Below, piece after piece: positions 36,282 through 47,192 of a DNA stretch of 64,000 bases. The notes under the pieces were generated by a model, which was given only the letters and a program-made list of their open reading frames with translations, was not told the origin of the DNA and did not search any database. This stretch comes from Mobula hypostoma. Lineage: Eukaryota. The stretch covers positions 237,088,001-237,152,000 of the forward strand of contig NC_086098.1 of assembly GCF_963921235.1 (NCBI RefSeq), in the 5' to 3' direction. The first letter of the stretch is position 1. Each line of letters starts with the position of its first letter. Both the position numbers and the translations under genes were made by a program.

Positions 36282-36330
36282 CTGATAAATGGACCAGCAG
36301 AGCCCACAGGAGATGAAGTACTCGTGACAT
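36282..36330 (-). CDS. Ig light chain (type I/sigma-cart-like) exon 1, leader peptide MSRVLHLLWALLVHLS(G)
   Basis: ATG at 36330-36328 is followed by a hydrophobic signal-peptide stretch. The phase-1 donor TCAG|GTAAG has its GT at 36281-36280, the typical Ig leader-exon architecture. A 134-bp intron separates it from the V exon. Confidence 0.9.
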
Positions 36331-36379
36331 TGCTCCGGACAGATGGAGACAGCGAGCGTTCAATTTTCCGTTCGAACCG

Positions 36380-36525
36380 TGCTGTTCTGCAAACACCGGG
36401 AGGGTCTCCGGTTCCAGATTCTGCAAATCGCTGCCCCGTGATCTGTTTATTAAGCGGGATGTTAATAAATGGGAGGCGCCAGGGAAAGGAAGGGGCGGGG
36501 ACTGATCACCCAGCCATTGGAATCT
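36380..36525 (-). promoter_or_regulatory. Putative IgL promoter
   Basis: It lies directly upstream of the leader ATG. It contains an octamer-like ATTTGCAG (36421-36428, one mismatch to ATTTGCAT), a GC box GGGGCGGGG (~36492-36500) and a CCAAT (minus strand, ~36516-36520). Several blocks are conserved in the paralogue at 7090-7200. Confidence 0.55.
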
Positions 36526-37519
36526 ATGAATGACGATCTTTAAAAGTTAACCAATAATTTCAAAAATGTTTCATCTTCAGCTGTGTCATATATGGAGGAG
36601 TTTCACAAATAGGTAAAGTAAGCTGATTTTAGGCATCTATATCAGCAGCTGGTCTTTGAAAAAAAAATTAAGGAGCCATTCAGCGCAGTGTTTCTGCCCA
36701 AATTGTTAATGAGATCAAAGCTATTCAAGGTCACACTTATCAAATCGCCAAAATTACCCAATGCACTTCCAGTACCTTGTTGATGCCTTCGCCATCAGCA
36801 CCCAGTGGTGTCCATTGTCCAGGAACCTCTGTATTTATTAAATTATAGTACAAATCAGAACGAGCCCAATTCAATGTGCAAAGAAAAAAAAAGTTTCCTC
36901 AGATTTATTTTCGCGCATGCATCCACAGTAAACGCTACGAAATACAACGGGATCATTAAAACACTACACACAAAGACGGGCAAACAACTAATGCAGAAAA
37001 TAAGACAAACTGCAAAAATGAAAATCATTTTATGGATAATCAGATAGATGGATCGGTAGACAAATTAATAAATAACATGAGTTCTAGATTCCATAAACGC
37101 GAGTCCATATCTTGTGGAATCAATCTGGTGTTGCGTTGAGTGAACCTATCGAGTCTGGTTTAAGAGACTGGACACGTATCTGATCCTGTAACTCCTTCGA
37201 TGACTTTATCAGAATGCTGTCCAATTATCTGGACATAATTCCCGCTGCTCTGGAAAATCTGGACAACATCCCACCACCACCCGAAAAAGTATTCTCTTTT
37301 CCACTAGTTTAACGGGAATGCAGTGTGGACCATGAAAAATTAAGACCAGGAGTAGCCGTGCGGTTATTAGACTCTCGCACTTTCTCATTTTCCTAATGAA
37401 GTGCGGCTTATCACCCAGCTTCCTGCACTAAATTCTTAATTGTCAATTCAATTCACATCGAAAATTCTATCCCCACAGAGAAGTCGTGGGTATGCAATGC
37501 GTGAAGAACATTTAGGCAA

Positions 37520-38940
37520 AATGGCCTGCATCAGCCAGAGTACTTAATTTCGAAGTCGGGTTGCAATGTTGCATATGTATTAGACGTTAAACAGGCCGCT
37601 GTTGATATTGTCTTCAGTATTAGTCAGGCTGCATTCAGAAAAATACCATTAAGTAGGGAATTGTGCAGCAAATATTTATAAAGGTGTGGGCAGGTTTCGA
37701 GGGACTGAGTGATAAGGATAGGTCAAGTAGGTTAGGATTTTTTTCTTTGGAGGTTAGGAGATTGAAAGGTCATATTATAGAAGAATATAAAATTCGCAAT
37801 GAGCAAACGGAGATGACTATTTATTCTTCTCTTACCCAGGGTTGGAGAATGAAGAACTATCGTGCATAAGTAAAAAAGAAGATTTAATACTAAACTGAGG
37901 GGCAATCTTTTTCAACAGAGGGCAGTGACATACGTGATGAGCTACGTGATGAGTTGTTAGTTGCACGCATATCTACAACATTTAACCGGCCTGTATATAG
38001 GTATTTGGATATGCATTGCAAATGTTTTTTTGTGATATGGGAGAAAGCATTGCAAATTGGATTGGTTTTTGTGGGCTTCTAGGTCGATATGGATTGGTTG
38101 AGCCAAAGCGCCTGCATTGGCCTACATCAACTGCGGGATTGAGTTTAAGAGATGAGAGGTAATGTTACAGCTATATAGGATGCTGGGTGGACGTCACTTG
38201 GAGCACTGTGCTCAGTTCTGTTCACCTTATTACAGGAAGGATGTGGAAACTGTTGAAAGGGTGCGGAGGATATTTATAAGGATGTTACAAGGATCATTGG
38301 TAGGTTTTTTATTACGCAGAGAATGGAGAGTGTGTGGAATGGGCTACAGGCGACGGTGGTGGAGGTGGATACGATACGGTCTTTTAAGGAGACTCCTAGA
38401 TAGGTACATGGAGCTTAGAAATACAGAGGGCTATGGGTAACGCTGGTAAGGACATGTTAGACACAGTTTTGTGGGCCGAAGGGCCTGTATTGTGCTGTAG
38501 GTTTTCTGAGTTTCTATGTTTCGATGTTTCTATGTCGTTCGCTAAGGTGCCACATATAAAATTTATGCATAAGATAACCATGCATATTGTGGAGAGTGAT
38601 GCATTAGCATGGTTAAATGATTGCTCAACCAATAGACAGCAACGAGTTGGGATACACGTATGTTTCTCTGGTTGGCAATCGGTGGTGAATGGTGCGACGC
38701 AGAGGTCGATACTGGGCCCGGAACTGTTCATGATACACGTTAAAGATCTGGAAGAGGGGACCGAGTGTAGTGTACTTAAGTTTGCAGATGACACTAAATT
38801 GAGTGAAAAAGCAAATTGTGCAGAATATACGGAGAGTCTGCAGAGAGGTGTACATAGGTTAAGTGATTGGGCAAGGGTCTGTTAGGTAGATTATGGAGTA
38901 CAATGTTCGTAAATGCGAGGTCATCCGCTATGGAAGAAAA
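37520..38940 (+). mobile_element. Mosaic of old CR1 fragments
   Basis: Decayed RT and C-terminal motifs (HLEHCAQF, SFAKVPH, LKFADDTK) and two partial 3' UTRs. Confidence 0.75.
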
Positions 38941-40699
38941 AAGCCTGAAGATAAAAGAAAAAAAAACAGCGTTTAAAGAACAGTTCGTTCCAAAATGTTA
39001 TTAGATTTCTAAACTGACAATGTATATTTATTAAATTATACATACTGGATATAGATAAATAAATTACACGTAAAATATACTTATAGAATAAATAAATGCA
39101 TAAATACAAATTAACAAAAATATCAACATACGTTAGTGATAGTAGACATCAATTAGGATTCTGATTCTGATCCTTATTCTAAAGGTAGATGTTACTGACA
39201 GTGGGTCCTGTGTGAGACCTCAGCCCTCGCTTCTGTTGTCCGTGGTTTAGTTCATTACCACCTCCGCCCCCCTCCCCCACCACCACGTTCAGCTCCCATC
39301 TCTACAATGATGGGCGGATATTGGATACGGGATGAGAAGGTTTCTTCCAAACAAAAATTTGCTTATATGACTCTGTCTCAACGTTTGTCTAATAACGCCA
39401 CTGTGAAGCACCTTGGCTTATTTTTATTTCGGAAACGTTACCTCATAAAGTCCTGCAGTTTTGGGTTGTGTAAGGCTTTTTAAAAATTTAAATGCTCTTA
39501 TTGGGCATGGGGAACGGGGAATGGGATCTAGAAAACGCAGTGGGCAATGAACTGGACCGTTTCCTTGAAGTCCACCTGACCATCGGACTATGTTCTGTCC
39601 AGTTAATCCCTCAATCAAGATGGTTCACAGGGTCAAGCAGCCCGTGTCTATGAGCGTCACTGATGCAGCTGCCAGCCACTTCATCTCCCCATGGGGACCG
39701 AGCGGTGCTGGCACAGCCTTTATTTAGCAAATGTACGCAAATTGCTGCTGTTTCTGTCTTGTTTATGAAGCCGTGCAGGTGGCGCGGTCGTTGAGTCTCA
39801 CGGGAATGGTGGACGCCTCGCAGGGGTGCGGGGTGGAGTGGGGAAGATGCGGTGAATATTTTAAAAAACTCTAAAACTTAGAAACTGCAATAACTAGAAG
39901 ACACAAATTATGAAACAAAATCTTTGAAAAATCGTTTGCACAGTTTGATTCTTGTTGCTGCCAGCGATTAAGTTGTTTTAAACTAAGAGTGTAAAATTAC
40001 AGCACTGAAATGGCTTCATGCGTGGGGGGGGGGGGGGCGGGGAGGTGGAGGAGAGGGAAAATCAGAGGGGATCATGGGCTTTACGTCTCTCTACTTCTCC
40101 GAGCCAGTCGCAGGACACTGGACCCAGACATGCATATCGCGGTAAATGAGGAACCCCGAATAGTGCTACCATTTCTGGACACATAAGAGACTAAATGTCA
40201 TTAATGGACTTTGCGCACCTGCTCCCCCGTTGCCCAGGGTCATAGTTAATCATTCAACTCCCACCGCCCTCCCAGTACTACTCTGTTTGATCCACGGAGT
40301 GCTGAATCTGTTTATTTACTAATATATATCCAACCCAGCTTGGAATCTGGTCAGCATCTGAGCAGTCGTAGGCTTTGTGGAGAAAGTTCTCCACAGCCTC
40401 TGAATGAGTTGATGCACGTCACAGTCGTTTATCCTACCTCCGGGTAAAAGTCAGAGACTAAAAGCCTATCGCTGTTTATTACCAACCCGGCATTTAGATT
40501 TATGTAGATACAGCGCGGAATTGTACCCAATTCGACCATGCTGATCAAATTACCTGCCTGTGCTTCGACCATTTGCCAGGATTTTGCCAAAGTCACCCAT
40601 GTTTTTCATACCGTTGCACCTGCCTAAATGTCTTCTAAACTGCTCAGTTTTACCCGAGTCTACCGCTAAGCTTAGCAGTTCACTAAATCAACCCACCAC

Positions 40700-41125
40700 T
40701 GGACTTGGAATATAATTAGGAATTTGGAATTAGGAATCCTGATACGGTCAGGAGCTCATCCGGCTGAATGGTGTAACAAAAGCAGCGTCCCACTCAATGT
40801 CAGCTGGAGCAAGGAGATGATTATTGAGTACAGAAGGACGAAACCGCATGTCCACGAGTCAGACTTTATCAGGGTATCAGAGGTAGAGGTCGTCAGCAAC
40901 ATTTAATTACTAAGCGTTGCAATTTCAGAGAATCTGTCCTGTGCCCATCACGCAACTGCCATTACATAGAAGGCGCGGCAGCGTTCCTTCTTTGTTAGAA
41001 GTTTGCTAACGTTTTCCGTGTAATCTAAAACTTTCACAAACTTCTATAGATGCCTGAAAAAGGGAGTATACTAACTGATTTAATTACGGCCTGAAGTGCC
41101 CTGGAATGCCCTGCAGACACAAATG
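40700..41125 (+). mobile_element. Rex1/Babar-type RT C-terminal fragment
   Basis: WCNKSSVPLNVSWSKEMIIEYRR, corresponding to the WC..N.L.LN..KTKE.I.DFR pattern. Confidence 0.6.
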
Positions 41126-41129
41126 CCCT

Positions 41130-44100
41130 ATTTACCAAGTAGAAGGACGTGGAGGACAGGGAGATCAGTTCTAAGCAAGTTGATATTACAGGGCATTTCG
41201 AGGTAAAGGAGGAGGCGGTGTTCGGTCTCGTTAAGAGCATTAAGGTTATAAGTACCTAGGGCATGTTGGGATATATCCCGGCTAATCGAGAAAGGGAACC
41301 GAAAAGATTGCTGGCGCATTGGATAATATCTTGATGTCCACTCTAGCTACAGGCAAGGTCCCGGAACAGTGGCGAATAGCTGATGTTTTTTCCATTCTTT
41401 TTGAGGGGAACAACAGATAATCCTGGAAACTATATATCTGCGAGTCTCGCGTCAGTGGGAAGGAAGATTCTGGAGTGGAACGTTAAGGATAGGATTTGTG
41501 ACCATTTGGAAAATCATGGCTTTGTATGGGCAAGTCGTGTCTTACTAACTTTACTGTTTTATGAAGAGGTGCGAGCGTGATTCAAGAAAGTGCAACCGTG
41601 GATGCTGTCTACTTGGCATTTAACATAGAACATAGAACATGGAAGAGTACAGCACAGTACTAGCCCTTCGGCCCATAATGTTGTGCCGACCCTCAAAGCC
41701 TGCCTCCTATATAACCCACCACCTTAAATTCCTCCATATACCTGTCTAGTAGTCTCTTAAATTTTACGAGTGTATCTGCCTCCACCACTGACTGAGGCAG
41801 TGCATTCCACGCACCAACCACTCTCTGAGTAAAAAAAACCTTCCTCTGATATTCCCCCTTGAACTTCCCAATCCTTACTTTAAAGCCATGTCCTCTTGTA
41901 TTGAGCAGTGGTGCCCTGGGGAAGATGCGCTGGATATCCACTCTATCTATTCATTTAATATCTTGTATAGCTCTATCATGTCTCCTCTCATCCTCCTTCT
42001 CTCCAAAGAGTAGAACCCTAGCTCCCTTAATCTCTGATCAAGGTGCATACCCTCTAAACCAGGCAGCATCCTGGCAAATCTTCTCTGTACCCTTTCCAAT
42101 GCTTCCACATCCTTCATATAAGTGAGACGACCAGAACTGGACACAGTACTCCAAGAGAGGCCTAACCAGATTTTTATAGAGCTGCATCATTACCTCGCGA
42201 CTCTTAAACTCTATCCCTCGACTTATGAAAGCTAACATCCCATAAGCTTTCTTAACTACTCTATCTACCTGTGAGGCATCCTTCGGGGACCTGTGGACAT
42301 GTATCCCCAAATCCCTCTGCTCCTCCACACTATCAAGTAATCTGGCATTTATTTTGTACTCTCCCTTGGAGATTGTCCTTACAAGGTGTACCACATCACA
42401 TTTCTCCGGGTTGAAACCCATCTGCCACTTCTCAGTACACTCCTGCATCCTAATAATGTCTCTTTTCAATCTTCGACAATCCTCTACGCTATCCACAACA
42501 CCACCAACCTTTGTGTCGTCTGCAAACTTGCCAACCCACCCTTCTACCACCACGTCCAGGTCGTTAATAAAAATCAGGAAAAGTAGAGGTCCCAGAACAG
42601 ATCCTTGTGGGACATCACTAGTCACAACTCCTCCAATCCGAATGTACTCCCTCCACCACGACCCTCTGCCTTCTGCAGGCAAGCCAAATCTGAATCCACC
42701 TGGCCAAACTTCCCTGGATCCCATGCTTTCTGACTTTCTGAATAAGCCTAATGTGTGGAACCTTGTCAAATGCCTTACTAAAATTCATGTAGATCACATT
42801 CACTGCACTACCCTAATCTATAGGCCTAGTCCCCTCCTCGAAGAACGCTGTCAGGCTTGTTAGACACGCTCTGTCCTTCACAAAGCCAAACTGACTGTCC
42901 ATGATGAGATCATGATTTTCTAAATGCCCATAGATCCTATCTGTAAGAATCTTTTCCAACAGCTTTCCCACTGCAGACATAAGGCTCACTGGTCTATAAT
43001 TACCTGGACTACCCCTACTACCTTTTCTGAACAGGGGGACAACTTTCGCCCTCCTCTAATCCATCGGTATCATTCCCGTGGACAACTAGGACATAAAGAT
43101 TCTAGCCAGAGCTCAGCAATCTCGCCGCTCGCATCGTGGAGCAGCCAGGGGAATATTCCGTCACGCCCCTGGGACTTATCCGTCCTAATGTATTTTAACT
43201 GCTCCAACACCTGCTCTTCCTTAACATTAACATGCTCCAGAACATCATCCTCACTCATATTGTCCTCACCGTCATCAAGCCCTCTCTCATTGGTGAATAC
43301 CGAAGATAAGCATTCATTGAGGACCTCGCTCACTTCCACAGCCTCCAGGCACATCTTCCCACCTTTATCTCTAATCGGTCCTACATTCACTCCTGTCATC
43401 CTTTTATTCTTCACATAATTGAAGAATGCTTGGTGTTTTCCTTTACCCTACTCGCCAAGGCCTTCTTATGCCCCCTTCTTGCTCTTCTCAGCCCCTTCTT
43501 AAGCTCCTTTCTTGCTTCCCTATATTCCTCAATAGACCCATCTAATCCTTGCTTCCTAAACCTCATGTATGCCGCCTTCTTCCATCTGACTAAATTTTCC
43601 ACCTCACTTGTCACCGATTGTTCCTTCACCATACCATTCTGTATCTTCCTCACCGGGACAAATTTATACTTGCCATCCTGCAAGAGATCCCTAAGCATGG
43701 ACCACATGTCCATAGTACATTCCCCTGCAAAAACATCATCCCATTCACACTCGCAAGTTTCAGCCTTATAGCCTCATAATTTGACCTTCCCGAATTAAAA
43801 AAATTACTGTCCTCTCTGATTTTACCCCTTTCCATGATAGTGCTAAAATCCAGGGAGCGGTGGTCACTGTGCCCAAGATGCTCACCCACTGAGAGATCTG
43901 CGACCTAACCCGGTTCGTTACCTAGTACTAGATCGTGTATGGCATTCCAACGGTTGGCCTGTCAACATATTGCGACAGGAATCCGTCCTGGACACACTGA
44001 ACAAACTCTGCCCCGTCTAAAACATTGGAACTAATCAGGTGCCAATTAATATTCGGGAAGTTAAAGTCACCCAAGATAACAACCCTGCTCTTTTTGCACT

Positions 44101-46680
44101 TCTCCAAAATCTTCCCCCAATTTGCTCCTCGGTATCTCTGCTGCTACTAGGGACCCTTTAGAATACTTCCAATAGAGTAACTGCTCCCTTCCCTTTCCTG
44201 ACTTCCACCCATACTGACTCAAATGAGGATCCTGCTACATGATCAACCCTTTCTGTAGCTGTAGTAGTATCCATGACCAGTAATGCCACTCCTCCTCCTG
44301 TTCCGCCCCCCACCCCGCACCCCGCTATCTCTTTGAAAGCGCTGAAATCCGGGCATATTCAGAATCCATTCCTGTCCTGGTGCAAGCCAAGTCTCTGTAC
44401 TGGCTACTACATCATAATTCGATGTATGAATCCAATCTCTCAGTTCATCCCCTTTGTTCCTGATGCTTCATGCATGGAAGTACACGCCCTTTAGCCCTTC
44501 TACCGGCCTGCCTTTCATCCTATATTTTGCTTCTCTTTCCTCAAACCCTCTTTATATGTTATATCTGGCTTTATTATATGCACTATACTTGCAGTTCTCG
44601 CATGAACTTTATCCTCCTCCACCTCACTATCTGCTCTAGCACTCTTCCCATCCCCCTAAAAATCTAGTTTAAAACCCCTGGAGCAGCATTAGCAAACCTT
44701 CCTGCAAGAATGTTAGTCGGAACAGGTTCCACCTTCCATGGAACAAGGCCCAATTGTCCAGAAACATGAAGCCTTCGCTCCTGCACCAACTCCTTAGCCA
44801 CTTATTTAGCTGCAATGTCTTTCTACTTCTAGCCTCACCAGCACGTGGCACGGGTAGCAATCCTGAGATTGCAAGCCTCCAGGTCCTGCCCTTCAACTTT
44901 GCCACTAACTTCCTAAACTCTCTTTGCAGGACCTCCTACTTCTTCCTATCCACGTCATTGGTCCCGACATGGACCACAACATTTGGCTGCTCACCCTCCC
45001 TCTTGAGAATACTGAGAACTCGATGCGAGATATCGCGGACCCTGGCACCAGGGAGGCAGAGACCATCCGGGATTCTCAATCTACCCCACAGAACCTCTTA
45101 TCTGTCCCCGTAACTATCGAATCCCCTATCACTACTGCGCTCCTCTTTTCCCTCCTTCCCTTCTGAGCTGAGGGTCTAGTCTTGGTGCCAGAGACGCGAC
45201 CACTGCAACTTGTCCCTGGCAAGTATTTCCCACCAACAGTATCCAAAACGGTATACTTATTATTGATGGGAACGGCCACAGGGGTGCTCTGCTCATTCTG
45301 TCTATTCCCCTTCCCTCTCCTGACAGTCACTGAGCTGCCTGTCTCCTGACTTTTAGGGGTGACTATCTCCCTGAAACTGCAGTCTATCTCTGCCACTGCC
45401 TCACGAATGATCCGAAGTTCATCCAGCTCCAGCTCCAGTTCCCTAACTCGGTTTGTCAGGAGCTGCAGCTCGATGCCCCTTTTACAGGTGTAGTCATCAG
45501 GGAGAATTTGCTCGCCCTGACTTTCCACATACTGCAAACGGAGCTCTCCACTGCTCTAACTGCTACCTCTATCACCTACTTCTGAGTTAATTAGATTAAT
45601 TTAAGGAGCTTACCCGGCCTTACCTCACTGGGAACAAGCTCGTCCTCAGCCTCTGCTCGCTGAAGCCAGGCGCTCATGTGTTGGCTTTTTCAGGAGATGA
45701 AGAATCAACGGATCCATAGTGAATTGGCTATTTGGATTCACACCAGACTTGCACTTCGAAGACAGCGGGCAGTGGTCGATGGATTTATTGTAGGCGGAGG
45801 CCTGTGATTATTGGTGCTCTGCAGAGATCTGTACTGGGACCTTTACTGTTTGTGATCCAGATAAAAGACCTGGATGAAAACGTACATGGATTATTTAGTA
45901 AGGTTCTAGATTATATGAAGTCTACTGGTGTGAATAGCATGTCAGATTGTCAAAGAAAACAACAGGGAGATTGTCAAGGAATACAATAGTATATTGATCA
46001 TTTGCGGTCATGAGTGGAGAAATGGCAGACGGAGTGTAACGCAGCCAAATGTAAAGTGTTGCATATTGCTAGATCAAAAACAAAGAGACGGTACACTGTT
46101 ACGGACGCGATCCTCAACAATGTTGATGAACAGATGGAACTTCTGGTCCATTTCTGAACTCCCTGGAAGTGGTTTCATGGGTTTACTGGGTGGTTAAGAT
46201 GACATATGGAATGCTTGTCTTTATTAGCCGAGATATTGATTTCAAATGTCAGAAAGTTATGTTGAAGCTTGTAAAGATCGAGTTAGGCCGCATTGGAGGT
46301 ATTGTATACACTTCTGGGCCCCAATTATAAGAAGATGTCGAGGCTCTCAAAAGGGTGCAGAGGAGGTTTACCTGGATGTTGTGGATCAGATTTCAAATGA
46401 CTGGTACCACGAGTCATGCATTTCAGGTGAGATGAGATAATCTAAAAGGAGATGTTATAGATGCTGAAATGGGGTGCCTGTGGTGGTAAAGGCAGAGTAA
46501 TTGAGGACATTTAAGAGATATTTCAATAGGTACATGAATATGAGAAAAGGAGGACGTGGTGTGTGCAGAAGGCATAAGTTCGTTAGCCATTTGTTTAACC
46601 ATTAAATTCATTTGATACCGCATCGTGGGCCGAAGGCCCTGTTAATTTGCAATATTGTACTATGTTCTATGTTCTAATGC
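41130..46680 (+). mobile_element. Old CR1 (41130-41620 and 45670-46680) interrupted by a younger antisense CR1
   Basis: RT coding sequence stops at the DAVYL-F motif (~41620) and resumes with decayed RT and C-terminal sequence after 45670. Confidence 0.65.
41622..45665 (-). mobile_element. Near full-length CR1 LINE (ORF1 Zn/coiled-coil plus esterase; ORF2 endonuclease-RT), inactivated
   Basis: ORF1 LPDDYTCKR..ELQLLTNRVRELELELDELRIIRE and VIGDSIV (45076-45537), esterase at 44669-44905, RT motifs at 42038-42800, and a (TTCTATG)n tail at 41622-41640. Confidence 0.92.
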
Positions 46681-47192
46681 AAAAGTTTGCAGAAATTATT
46701 GCATACAGCGCAGTCCATTACGCGTCGAACCCTTCCCCCAACAGAGCACATCTCAAAGTGGTGTTCTCTCAGGTGAGCTCCATCCAGCGTCAATCAGCCC
46801 TAGCATACATCTCACGTCACTAGGTTCGGAAAAGGCCCTAAACCATTAGACTCTTGAACCAATGCGGTACATTCACCCAGATTCACTCTCCACAAAACTC
46901 AACGGATTCCTGAATTCGTGGATCCATTTTCGCTCACTGTCCAGCTCCTGCTCTTGACATTTATTGCTTATTTATTTATTCCGAATATTACGTGCTTTTT
47001 CTCTTTGATGTCTCTCCACACTATGTTCTCTTTTGCAGACTGGATACTTGCCAGTACTTGTTGTGTGCGGTTTTCATTGATTCTCTTGCGACTCTTTTTC
47101 TTTACAGTAAATGCTCTCAAAAATGAGTCTCCAGATTGTATATGCTGCATAGATTCAGGATTTCAGGATTTCAGGATTTCAGGATTTCAGGA

